Shown: piece by piece, positions 1 through 9,156 of the stretch
Layout of the letters: every line of letters begins with the position of its first letter
How positions within the stretch are numbered: position 1 is the first letter of the stretch
Source: Bdellovibrionales bacterium
GTDB lineage: Bacteria; Bdellovibrionota; Bdellovibrionia; Bdellovibrionales; UBA1609
Assembly (NCBI GenBank): GCA_965199825.1
Contig: OZ241329.1
Coordinates: 928,001 to 992,000, forward strand
Length of the DNA: 64,000 nt
Reading direction: 5' to 3'
Position numbers and translations under genes: made by a program
The notes under the pieces: model-generated
What the model was told of the DNA's origin: nothing
The model's database searches: none
The model's input: the letters and a program-made list of their open reading frames with translations, nothing else

Positions 1-2
1 GC

Positions 3-824
3 GATCTGATTGAAACTCTTGGCTTAAGAAATCAAGCCAACACTTCAGAAGTGATTGCCCTCAAACAATATCTTGGTCCAAAGAGCGAAGAGTGGAAATT
101 TTTTTTGCAACTGGTGAACCGTTTGATGATTGATAAAATCGGAAGAGAGAGAGTAATCAAACTTCCATTTGTCGGACTACCAATTTTATCTGGCCTTGCC
201 CTTATTCACCTTCTGCCTCCGTACGTAGCCCTCGGTCTGATTCATCTTTCTGTTGGCAAAAACGAAAACAAAATCATTCAAGTCAAACAGCCTGTTTCAG
301 AAATTGCTTCGCAAGTGATTGGTCCTGTTTCCGGGCCGTTTCAGTTTTCAAAAGAAACAAAGGCTATTTTACAAAGACTTCAGGATCGCCAGAATCAGTC
401 TAGTCTTGCAACTGTGGCTGACCACGATTGGAAGAATGAGACATTGCCGGAACCAATTTTTTTAAGAGAAATCAAAGATGCTTTTGACATCCTAGCAACA
501 CCTGAAGCCATAAAGGCTGTGCTGCGGTATCTTGTCGATCAAAAAGAAAAAGCAGTGCGGCTGCAGCACATGAAACACATTCCATTTGATGTCGCCTTGG
601 ATGAGACACTTCATCGCTACGAACTTGCAATTGAAGCTGCACAGATCAAATTTGCAGAACAAATCGCTGCGGTCCATTCTGAGGGTTCATCATCGTTTGT
701 GAGCCTGATTGAACTTGAAACTCCACATAATCCAATCACCCTTCACCTACAGGAATTGGGTTTTAAAATTGAACGGATGGACCCCACGGGCGCTTCCGAC
801 TGCGATACGATTTTAAAAAATTGA
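3..824 (+). CDS. Hypothetical protein, divergent TraB/GumN-like, 5'-truncated by the window edge; paralog of 868-1908
   Basis: Frame is open from position 3 (DLIETLGLRNQ...) and aligns with the downstream ORF (SEEWK, PFxGLPILxGL, PIFLREIKDA, HIPxDxA, FVSL..LE.P.N.IT..L.ELGF). Confidence 0.7.
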   Translation, partial: DLIETLGLRNQANTSEVIALKQYLGPKSEEWKFFLQLVNRLMIDKIGRERVIKLPFVGLPILSGLALIHLLPPYVALGLIHLSVGKNENKIIQVKQPVSEIASQVIGPVSGPFQFSKETKAILQRLQDRQNQSSLATVADHDWKNETLPEPIFLREIKDAFDILATPEAIKAVLRYLVDQKEKAVRLQHMKHIPFDVALDETLHRYELAIEAAQIKFAEQIAAVHSEGSSSFVSLIELETPHNPITLHLQELGFKIERMDPTGASDCDTILKN

Positions 825-867
825 CGATTTTGCACCACAATTCTAAACGAGAGCGCTGTAGCCTCAG

Positions 868-1908
868 ATGGATTTTTTTATGCGAATAGCTTTATTTATT
901 ATTCTGGTTTTTCAAATCCAAACTCACGCAGATCAAAACTCTCCTATTTTTGAACTAAAAAAAGGTGAGTCTGTTTCTTACTTGGTGAATGCGCCACTCG
1001 ATGGATTGAACAAAATGAATTTATCTCAGACGTTGATGGATTCGATTTTGAGGAATCGTATTTATTTGAGTGATACAAATTTATTAGCAAAAAACGTCGA
1101 CATCTTTGAGTCGGGTGGAGTCAAGAATCAGTCCATCCCCTTTAAACCATTTCCGTTGAGAGCCTCCCTTGGAGAACACAGCGAGGAATGGAAACTTTTA
1201 TTAAAAATGAGTAATCGCCATTTTATTGCGCAATTGAGAAATACAAAAATGATTCAGTTCCCGTTTGCTGGATTGCCTATTTTGTTAGGGCTTATAGGTC
1301 TCAAGTATCTGCCCCCAGTTGCTGCTCTTAACCAAATCCAAATATATCTAGAAGCAACAAGACCAGGCGCAGCCTTAATGGATAAGGGACTCGAACAAAT
1401 ACAGTTTGATGTACCTCCATTCGCTATTGTTAAAACAGACGATCTCAACACCCCCGTTCGAATCATAGAACTCACCAATCTGGCTTTAAAAACTTCAGAC
1501 TTAATGTCCAGTCCGGCTTCGAAAGGCGTACCTCAACCTATATTTTTAAGGGAAATAAAAGACGCGTTAGATGTTTTGGTCACTACAGAAACTATCAAGG
1601 CCGTTCTGCAATTTCTTATCGCGCATCAGAAGGATCGGGTCGACTCTTACAGTATTGGACATATCCCTTACGACACCGCCTCGCCCGAGACTCTTGCACT
1701 CTATGCCGAGGCTGTCCAAAATGCAGAGTCGCAATTTGCTGATGAGATCGCGAGTCATCATTCAGATGGCGTGGCCGCATTTGTGAGTCTTGTTCATCTC
1801 GAGTTTCCAAATAATGGGATCACCACTCGACTCGAGGAATTAGGATTTACGGTTCGAAGTATTGAGCCTGATGAATCCACTCCATGTTTGCGACTTTTAG
1901 AAAAATAA
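868..1908 (+). CDS. Secreted hypothetical protein, divergent TraB/GumN-like
   Basis: Signal peptide; N-terminal PIFELKKGESVSYL and C-terminal AFVSLVHL..NGITTRLEELGFTV resemble TraB/GumN terminal motifs; family call tentative. Confidence 0.6.
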   Translation: MDFFMRIALFIILVFQIQTHADQNSPIFELKKGESVSYLVNAPLDGLNKMNLSQTLMDSILRNRIYLSDTNLLAKNVDIFESGGVKNQSIPFKPFPLRASLGEHSEEWKLLLKMSNRHFIAQLRNTKMIQFPFAGLPILLGLIGLKYLPPVAALNQIQIYLEATRPGAALMDKGLEQIQFDVPPFAIVKTDDLNTPVRIIELTNLALKTSDLMSSPASKGVPQPIFLREIKDALDVLVTTETIKAVLQFLIAHQKDRVDSYSIGHIPYDTASPETLALYAEAVQNAESQFADEIASHHSDGVAAFVSLVHLEFPNNGITTRLEELGFTVRSIEPDESTPCLRLLEK

Positions 1909-2021
1909 ATCGAGTCACTACAGATAATCTGTCCTAAAGCCCCCCTTGTTTTGGGCTCTTCCGGACCTTTTTTACTTTAAGTGAACTCTACGAACTCCGA
2001 AGAGGTGTATGCGGAGGAACT

Positions 2022-4436
2022 ATGAGTTTTGACGATAAAGTCATTGAGATACCAGATTCTTTACCTATGCTACCGGTACGCGACATAGTCGTGTTCCCTT
2101 ATATGATTCTTCCACTCTACATTGGTCGAGAGAGTTCGATCAAAGCAGTAGAAGATGCTTTAGCTAAAAATCGATTGATCTTTTTAGCTTCTCAAAAAGA
2201 AATCACCGAAGAAACTCCAACTGAAAAGACAATCTATTCAGTCGGAACAATCGCGATGATTATGAGAATGCGAAAGCTTTCCGATGGTCGAGTTAAAATC
2301 TTGATCCAAGGTGTAGCTAAAGGTCGCATCAAACAATACAAAAACGTTGAGCCTCATTTTGTTGTGGGTGTTGAGCGTATTGATGAAGCTGCAAGCACAG
2401 CCGCACCGGTTGAGTTTGAAGCCATGATTCGCAATGCAAAAGAGCAGCTTGAAAAAATCATCGCTCTCGGTCGCATGCTTTCACCAGATATCTTATTAGT
2501 ATTAGACGATGTCACTGAGCCAGGACGTTTGGCTGATTTGATTGCATCAAATCTCGGGTTAAAAGTTGGAGATGCTCAACGCGTTCTCGAAACTCAAAAT
2601 CCAAAAGAACGTTTACATCTCGTGAATGAGATTTTGGCTAATGAGCTTGAAGTGTTGCAAATGCAAACTCGTATTCGCAATCAAGCCAAAGACGAAATGT
2701 CTAAATCACAGCGCGAGTATTTTCTTCGTGAACAGATGCGCGCAATCAAAAATGAGTTGGGCGAAAATGATTCGAAGTCCGAAGAGGCCGACGAATTACG
2801 CGACAAATTGAACAATGCTGGAATGCCAGAAAATGTAAAAGCCGAAGCGATCAAACAAATGGGTCGACTTGAGCGAATGCATCCTGACGCTTCAGAAGCT
2901 TCAATGGTCCGCACTTATCTTGACTGGTTGGCTGATCTTCCTTGGAATAAAGCGACTACCGATAATTTGGATCTTGTTCGCGCTAAAACAATTCTTGATG
3001 AAGATCATTACGAATTGAATAAAGTTAAAGATCGTATTTTGGAATTTCTTGCGGTTCGCCGTTTGAAAGAAAAAAATATGAAGGGTCCTATCCTTTGTTT
3101 CGTTGGACCTCCTGGAGTTGGTAAAACTTCTTTAGGAAAAAGTATTGCACGCTCAATGGGTCGTGAATATTTCCGCGTCGCACTTGGTGGAGTTAAAGAT
3201 GAAGCTGAGATCCGAGGACATCGCCGCACTTATGTGGGAGCAATGCCAGGAAAAATCGTTCAGGCTTTAAAGACGATCAAAACCAACAATCCGGTTATTG
3301 TTCTCGATGAGATCGATAAATTGGGAAGCGATTTTCGTGGTGATCCTTCAGCAGCAATGCTCGAGGTATTAGATCCCGAACAAAACGCAAATTTCCGAGA
3401 TAATTATCTCAATGTTGATTTTAATTTGAGCAATGTTTTGTTTATCGCAACTGCAAACGTTTATGACAATATTCCTGCAGCTCTACGTGACCGTATGGAG
3501 ATCATTCATCTCTCGGGTTACACAGCGAACGACAAATTGTTAATTGCTAAAAAGCATTTGATCGAGCGACAAATTGAGAGCAACGGAATTACCGATAAGA
3601 ACATCAAGTTTACCGATGAAGGATTAAAATATTTGATCTCTCATTACACTCGCGAAGCTGGACTTCGAAATCTTGAGCGCGAAGTGGGAGCTGTTTGTCG
3701 TAAAGTTGCAAAAGACTTTGTGATGGGCAACACCGAACAAGTGATGATCACGCCGGAAGTTGTTCCAGATATTTTGGGAGCCCCAAGATATCTTAAAGAA
3801 GAGCGCTTAAAAGAAGATCAAGTTGGGATCGTAACCGGTCTTGCTTGGACACAAGCTGGCGGCGAAGTTCTTTATGTTGAAGCTTTGAAAATGAAAGGCA
3901 AAGGCGGACTCTCACTCACAGGCCAACTTGGCGATGTGATGAAAGAATCAGCTCGCGCTGCTTGGTCTTATGCCCGAGCACATTCAGAAGAGATTGGTAT
4001 CGACAGCGAATGGTTTGATCACAACGAAGTGCATATCCATTTACCTGCCGGCGCAACTCCTAAGGATGGACCATCTGCAGGTGTGACACTTGCCACAGCG
4101 CTGACCAGTTTGATGACTGGAATGCCTGTACCAAAAGATTTGGCAATGACGGGTGAGATCACCTTGTCTGGCCGAGTTCTTCCGGTTGGTGGTATCAAAG
4201 AAAAAGCTCTTGCAGCACTGAACCACGGTGTTTCAACAGTGATTATGCCTTTGTCGAACAAAAAAGATGTTCAGGATATTCCTAAAGAATTTAAGGATAA
4301 ACTGACTTTCCACTTTGTTGAAAATTTAGATGAAGTGTTTGCCCTCGTATTCAAAGATAAATCTTTAAAGAAAAAAGGTTTATCTCATGCGAAATCAGGC
4401 AAGCGCAAAATTCCCACCGCAGCGTCTGCTGCCTAA
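2022..4436 (+). CDS. lon: ATP-dependent Lon protease
   Basis: Lon N-domain, Walker A GPPGVGKT, RGHRRTYVGA, catalytic PKDGPSAG; SD GAGGA. Confidence 0.98.
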   Translation: MSFDDKVIEIPDSLPMLPVRDIVVFPYMILPLYIGRESSIKAVEDALAKNRLIFLASQKEITEETPTEKTIYSVGTIAMIMRMRKLSDGRVKILIQGVAKGRIKQYKNVEPHFVVGVERIDEAASTAAPVEFEAMIRNAKEQLEKIIALGRMLSPDILLVLDDVTEPGRLADLIASNLGLKVGDAQRVLETQNPKERLHLVNEILANELEVLQMQTRIRNQAKDEMSKSQREYFLREQMRAIKNELGENDSKSEEADELRDKLNNAGMPENVKAEAIKQMGRLERMHPDASEASMVRTYLDWLADLPWNKATTDNLDLVRAKTILDEDHYELNKVKDRILEFLAVRRLKEKNMKGPILCFVGPPGVGKTSLGKSIARSMGREYFRVALGGVKDEAEIRGHRRTYVGAMPGKIVQALKTIKTNNPVIVLDEIDKLGSDFRGDPSAAMLEVLDPEQNANFRDNYLNVDFNLSNVLFIATANVYDNIPAALRDRMEIIHLSGYTANDKLLIAKKHLIERQIESNGITDKNIKFTDEGLKYLISHYTREAGLRNLEREVGAVCRKVAKDFVMGNTEQVMITPEVVPDILGAPRYLKEERLKEDQVGIVTGLAWTQAGGEVLYVEALKMKGKGGLSLTGQLGDVMKESARAAWSYARAHSEEIGIDSEWFDHNEVHIHLPAGATPKDGPSAGVTLATALTSLMTGMPVPKDLAMTGEITLSGRVLPVGGIKEKALAALNHGVSTVIMPLSNKKDVQDIPKEFKDKLTFHFVENLDEVFALVFKDKSLKKKGLSHAKSGKRKIPTAASAA

Positions 4437-4443
4437 ACAAATC

Positions 4444-4474
4444 AGGTCGACCCTCAAGGTCGGCCTTTTTTTTT
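4444..4474 (+). terminator. Intrinsic terminator of lon
   Basis: Hairpin AGGTCGACC-ctcaa-GGTCGGCCT followed by a T-run. Confidence 0.85.
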
Positions 4475-4489
4475 GCAATAATTTAGTTT

Positions 4490-5065
4490 TTAATTCTGAA
4501 ATTCATGAACGCGATGATTAGGATCGGTCACCTTAGCCATATTATTTTCGAATGTTACCGTGGATGGAACGTCAGCCACAAACACCTCGCCCTGATTGGC
4601 GGCAAATAAACTCGATTCGACGTCGGTAGAATAAAAGGCATAGTAATCAGAGATCTTGGCATCAAATTGGTTTTTTCCTTCGATATCAAAGATCAACTGA
4701 CCATGGGAATCAAAAGCAGTAGCCTTTTTCAAATCCATCTGTGTTTGATGAATCAGTGCAAACTGCGACGAAATCTCGATGGTGCAATAAAAGCAGTCGT
4801 ACAGAGATTCTCCAGTAGAACCGAGCAAGCGGGTCACTCCATCTTGTTTATAAATCACAAAGCTAGAACTTTTTTGTAACAACTCCGCGCCATCGATAAG
4901 CGCAAGAGTTTGTCCACCGCCCATCACCTTGAGTTGATCGCCACTTACCTTTGCATCGAGATTCGCACTGGCTTGCTGTTTGTCTCGGGCTTCAAATGGT
5001 TTCGGATAATCATGACCACGACCGCAGGCGGAGAATAACAAAAACAGAGGGATTAATTTTTTCAT
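4490..5065 (-). CDS. Hypothetical lipoprotein
   Basis: MKKLIPLFLLFSAC lipobox; ORF track start 5080 is an alternative. Confidence 0.7.
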   Translation of the reverse strand: MKKLIPLFLLFSACGRGHDYPKPFEARDKQQASANLDAKVSGDQLKVMGGGQTLALIDGAELLQKSSSFVIYKQDGVTRLLGSTGESLYDCFYCTIEISSQFALIHQTQMDLKKATAFDSHGQLIFDIEGKNQFDAKISDYYAFYSTDVESSLFAANQGEVFVADVPSTVTFENNMAKVTDPNHRVHEFQN

Positions 5066-5244
5066 TCCCTGTTTTCTCATAGATTCAAATCACCTCGCAA
5101 TAAAAAACTCGGTCTAAAACGAGATGCTCCCAATTCAAGTCCAGCGCGACTCGGCTCTTCGATTTTGTGCAGCTTTTTATACAACTCAAAATTTTTTACA
5201 TCTTAATTGTTGCCACGCCCGCTTGGAAATTTGAGCATTGAGAG

Positions 5245-6114
5245 ATGATTCAATTTTTGATCTCACTTATCGGAGTTGCGGCGGCCCATGGTGTGAGTAG
5301 CGAAACGCGCGCGGGTCCATTGTATTTTGAGGAAGCTCTGACTGGCATCTACGAAACTGAGGATTGGACAACAAAGCTTGGAGCATCAATATTAAAAACA
5401 ACCTTGCAGGTTGCAAACTCAGCCGCAATCACGGATCAGACCACCTCTATGACAGGTGAACTGGGCTACATGCCTGAAAAAGGTTTTGGTACCGACTTGC
5501 AGCTCGATGGATCAACAACACCCGCAGAGAATTTAACCAATCTTTCAGTACTACTCAGCCAAAATTATCGATGGAAATATCGCCACCATCGCTCGTTGAA
5601 TTTGACCTTGCGTGGTGGTGTGAGCAACTTTGTCCAAAAGTTTACATCCCAAACCAAAAAGCGAAATGGCAAAACAGTTTCGGCGGCTCAAAGCACCGGA
5701 ATCAACCAAACAAATTTAAGCTTTGAAATGGACTCACGACTTCACAAGGATTTTTCGCTCACAATCGGATTTGATGTTTTTGGATACAATAAAAGTGTGG
5801 GAGTTTTTGAATCGCAACTCGATTCACCAGCTGCCCTCCTCCGAGGGAGCGGCGCACTGGCAAGTACTCTTGGAGGTTTTGCTAAGTATTCGGTCAACCT
5901 AAATTTGATTTATGATTTTTTAGATAAGTGGAGTGCACTTTTAAGTTCCACAATCGGAAAGCTCGCCATCGACGGCTCTCAAAGCACACTGTCTGCGTTT
6001 AAATTTGAAACAACATCGATTGAGAATTGGACGTTGAGTTTGGGTTTTGAGTCGCTTCAATCTAAGATTTATAGTGCTAACTATGCGGTTTTTCGTGTCG
6101 ACTACGACTTCTAA
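5245..6114 (+). CDS. Putative outer-membrane beta-barrel protein
   Basis: Signal peptide, amphipathic beta-strand pattern, C-terminal FRVDYDF beta-signal. Confidence 0.7.
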   Translation: MIQFLISLIGVAAAHGVSSETRAGPLYFEEALTGIYETEDWTTKLGASILKTTLQVANSAAITDQTTSMTGELGYMPEKGFGTDLQLDGSTTPAENLTNLSVLLSQNYRWKYRHHRSLNLTLRGGVSNFVQKFTSQTKKRNGKTVSAAQSTGINQTNLSFEMDSRLHKDFSLTIGFDVFGYNKSVGVFESQLDSPAALLRGSGALASTLGGFAKYSVNLNLIYDFLDKWSALLSSTIGKLAIDGSQSTLSAFKFETTSIENWTLSLGFESLQSKIYSANYAVFRVDYDF

Positions 6115-6188
6115 AAAGATTTGAAGATTTATCCACACCTGCACTTAAAAAAATTAAGATAAACTTATTTTATACAGGGGGTTTTTGG

Positions 6189-6539
6189 ATGAAGAAGAGT
6201 ATGTTGTTAGTTGCCGGTGCGTTACTAATCTCAACGGGTGTAGGTGCGCAAGAGCTTAAAGCCGACCGTGCCGAAATAAAAAAAGATGAAACCAAAATCG
6301 GTGCAGATCGTGAAGTGCGCAACGCCGATGAAAAGCGAGTTGTTCAAGATCGTGCTCAGCTGAAGAGCGATAAAGCAGCTGGTGCCTCAGCCACACAACT
6401 CGCGGCCGACAAAGACACTTTAGTGCAAGATAAAAAAGCCCGTAACGACGAGCAAAAAGATGTGAAAGACGATCGCAAAGATCTCAAACACGACCGTCAT
6501 GAACTACGAAGAGACAAACATCGTTTAGCTAAACACTAA
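6189..6539 (+). CDS. Small secreted charged repeat/helical protein
   Basis: Signal peptide (VGA-QE), repeated DRxEL/I-K/R-xD heptads. Confidence 0.75.
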   Translation: MKKSMLLVAGALLISTGVGAQELKADRAEIKKDETKIGADREVRNADEKRVVQDRAQLKSDKAAGASATQLAADKDTLVQDKKARNDEQKDVKDDRKDLKHDRHELRRDKHRLAKH

Positions 6540-6541
6540 TT

Positions 6542-6570
6542 GTAGGGCGGGGGCTTCTGGCCCTACTTTC
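6542..6570 (+). terminator. Probable terminator hairpin
   Basis: GTAGGGC...GCCCTAC followed by TTT just after the stop codon. Confidence 0.5.
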
Positions 6571-6620
6571 ATTTAATTCGGACATCACCCTTGCCGATAG
6601 GCCTAAAAGGGTGATGGGCC

Positions 6621-7928
6621 GTGCAGAACAATGTTATCACAATAAAACGTTCCGTTTTAATTTTGAGTTTAGCAACGTCCGTTTGTTGTAGCCCATCGCA
6701 ACCAAACCAAAATATCTCGCCACTTAAGGCCGAATCCTCATGGTCCGGACCTGCGGCGTTTATCACCAAAGATATGAAAATCAAAATAGGCGAGCATCTT
6801 TTACCGCCATTTTTTTTGAGCATTAACCCACAAGCTGTCACAAGTGATGCTGACTGGACTACGTTAATTTATCAGGTCGATTTAGCTCTTAAACACAATT
6901 TAGTAATCCTGGACGTCATGTTTTCGAATGAGTCCGAAGAGTTTATGCAGATTTTAAATGCAAAGCTCGGCACCCGGAGAGTTTTTATTTTTGTCCGAAT
7001 TTATTTTGGCGAACCTGCGGACGATGTCACTGATGCTTGGGTTGAGACCTACATAAAAAAACTCCAGTTGTTTATTTCTAAGCTCAATAAAAATATGTCA
7101 GACAAAGTGATAGGAATTCGAGCCATGGGTCTGAATGGCGGCGAATGGTTTCAGATTCCCTCTGACCCCTCGTTTGCCAAAAAAGTCGCAAACGCCCAAT
7201 TGAAAATCAATGCGGCAATTAAAACTTTAAGTTCTGGGAGGTTACTCACAATTGTAAACTCTGGCTATTTACTCGCCATGTCTGCGGTCCAAGGAGGATC
7301 TCATGTTTACTTCGAAGAAATCTTAAACTCTCCTGATATTGATATCATCAGCTCGCCTTATGAATATGGAATCTCGAGACAGGTCGATCAGCCATTTTTA
7401 CAACAGGTTCCATTTGATAGCGTGCCCTTACATGGGAAATTATTTTTGACCGAAGATGACACTCGCACAAGCCGCGCACAAATCGATCCATGGAAATCCT
7501 GTTTTACCGCGGAATGCGATATCACGATGGTTAATCGCAATGTGCAGGCCGCTCTTGATCACAACACCGGACTTTATTTTTTAGATCTGACCGCAAAAGG
7601 ATGGTTTGGAAGTCCATCAGCACCTGTGGATTCAGAAAATCTGTGGAATGCCATCGACACAGCGATTCACAAAACACCCAACCTCAAGGTTCCACAAATT
7701 GGTTTTTTTGCCGACGAAGGCTCGATGCGTGGACTTAAACCCCTCACACAGAGCACTGAGGCTGCGACCAAAATCGATTTTATCGGAATGGATAATTTGA
7801 ATTATGAGTATCAAAGTTGTGAAAACCAAATTTTGAGTCTTGAGAAAAATAACATGGGTGTTCGATATTTTATTTTAGCCGATAAACAAAGGGCCCCTAG
7901 ATTTAATCAAGAGGCTTTTTTAAAATAG
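6621..7928 (+). CDS. Putative exported glycoside-hydrolase-like (beta-galactosidase-like) protein
   Basis: Motifs GEWF, DIISSPYEY..R, SVPLHGKLFLTEDDTRT; N-terminal signal/lipoprotein-like segment. Confidence 0.55.
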   Translation: MQNNVITIKRSVLILSLATSVCCSPSQPNQNISPLKAESSWSGPAAFITKDMKIKIGEHLLPPFFLSINPQAVTSDADWTTLIYQVDLALKHNLVILDVMFSNESEEFMQILNAKLGTRRVFIFVRIYFGEPADDVTDAWVETYIKKLQLFISKLNKNMSDKVIGIRAMGLNGGEWFQIPSDPSFAKKVANAQLKINAAIKTLSSGRLLTIVNSGYLLAMSAVQGGSHVYFEEILNSPDIDIISSPYEYGISRQVDQPFLQQVPFDSVPLHGKLFLTEDDTRTSRAQIDPWKSCFTAECDITMVNRNVQAALDHNTGLYFLDLTAKGWFGSPSAPVDSENLWNAIDTAIHKTPNLKVPQIGFFADEGSMRGLKPLTQSTEAATKIDFIGMDNLNYEYQSCENQILSLEKNNMGVRYFILADKQRAPRFNQEAFLK

Positions 7929-7932
7929 CTGC

Positions 7933-8445
7933 CTACTTTGCAACGTCAAGCTCAGCCAAAACCTTTTCGATTCGGTATAAATTCGAAACCCAATCGGTAA
8001 ACAAAAGTTTATTTTTGAATGGAACCATCTCGCCATCTTTGGAAGACAAGATTCGGATCTTTGAATTGATTTCGTCGCTGGTCACATGCTTAAGAGTTCG
8101 CACATAGGTCAGCATGCGTTCGGGCTGGGCCGAGGGCAAAGTGGTTACAACATCAATTGAACTTCGCTCGGCATCGCGCGCCGAAATCACACTGAGTTCA
8201 CCGGTACCTGGATGCTCAACAATCGCAAAACCTAATTTTGATAAGGCTTGTGAGAGATCGTTAAAGGCCTCTTCCACAGATACTGAATTGGGATTCAAAA
8301 TGGTGATTTTGCCCCTTACCTCAGAGCCAAAAATAATTTTCTTTTTCGACATCTCCGAATATTGCGCAATCACTTCTGTCACATCTGCATTTTTAAATTT
8401 AAATGTTGCCGCCATCGCAAAAGAACAAATCAGACTTAAGAACAT
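7933..8445 (-). CDS. Stand-alone secretin (GspD-like) N0/N1 domain protein
   Basis: FKNADVTEVI...VRGKITILNP..V...EA...L...GFAIV (N0) and LKHVTS..I......LSSKDG...NKLLFTD...NL.RI..VLAELD (N1); no barrel domain; start uncertain (8445 or 8493). Confidence 0.8.
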   Translation of the reverse strand: MFLSLICSFAMAATFKFKNADVTEVIAQYSEMSKKKIIFGSEVRGKITILNPNSVSVEEAFNDLSQALSKLGFAIVEHPGTGELSVISARDAERSSIDVVTTLPSAQPERMLTYVRTLKHVTSDEINSKIRILSSKDGEMVPFKNKLLFTDWVSNLYRIEKVLAELDVAK

Positions 8446-8517
8446 GGGCACCGCCTTTTTATCAAACCTAAGCGCGCGCCGATGCAGTTGCAAAAAAATG
8501 TTTATGGAGTTTTCTTG

Positions 8518-9012
8518 TTACTTTAAGCCCGCATCCAGTGGAGTGGGCGCCTTTAGCCATTGATCCAAAGAGCAGGAATCCTTGATCACGTTTTTAAGAC
8601 GTTCATTTTCTTCCTCTAACACGCGCGCAAGAGTCTGAAGATCGGTCACCTCATCACGCAGTTGCAAGATCTGTTGATCCTTTTCTTGCAGAATTGTTGA
8701 GTAGGCCTTTTTTAGTTCACCAACCAGAAGTTGAACCTCCCCCCGATCAGAGGGCTGAACGGGAGAAGGCATTTGTGTTGGGGGGACAATGGGCACCTTT
8801 TGTTCGGCTAAAGCACTTGCCACCTTTTGCACAGGTGGTGGCGCCTCAGCCAATTTGCGTGACGCTTCAAAAGGAGTATCGCGAAGCAGGTATTTTCCTT
8901 CTTCGATTTTATACTCCACATCCTGGTTTTTGATCCTTCGCCTTAGTGTCGAAATACTCACTTTATATTTTAGCGAATAATCTGCTAAGGCGATCCAAGC
9001 TTTGTCGGTCAC
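8518..9012 (-). CDS. Winged-HTH (MerR/excisionase-like) DNA-binding protein with Pro-rich linker and C-terminal coiled coil
   Basis: LADYSLKYKVSISTLRRRIK...GKYLL HTH plus wing; heptads LQEKDQQILQLRDEVTDLQTLARVLEEENERLK; SD AAGGAG 7 nt before GTG. Confidence 0.8.
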   Translation of the reverse strand: MTDKAWIALADYSLKYKVSISTLRRRIKNQDVEYKIEEGKYLLRDTPFEASRKLAEAPPPVQKVASALAEQKVPIVPPTQMPSPVQPSDRGEVQLLVGELKKAYSTILQEKDQQILQLRDEVTDLQTLARVLEEENERLKNVIKDSCSLDQWLKAPTPLDAGLK

Positions 9013-9028
9013 GCGTCAACTCCTTCGA

Positions 9029-9135
9029 TGACTACCCAAATCTACCTATTCACCTTGTCAGGTGAGTAGTCTTGAATAGTCAAACTAGACTAATTCAGGA
9101 CTGATCACTTGATTTTGACTATTCATGACTACTCA
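9029..9135. promoter_or_regulatory. Cluster A of TGRRTAGTCA motif in a divergent intergenic region
   Basis: Exact copies at 9029-9038, 9073-9082, 9116-9125, 9126-9135; 1-mismatch copy at 9063-9072. Confidence 0.75.
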
Positions 9136-9156
9136 AAATGTCATAGACTATCTAGC

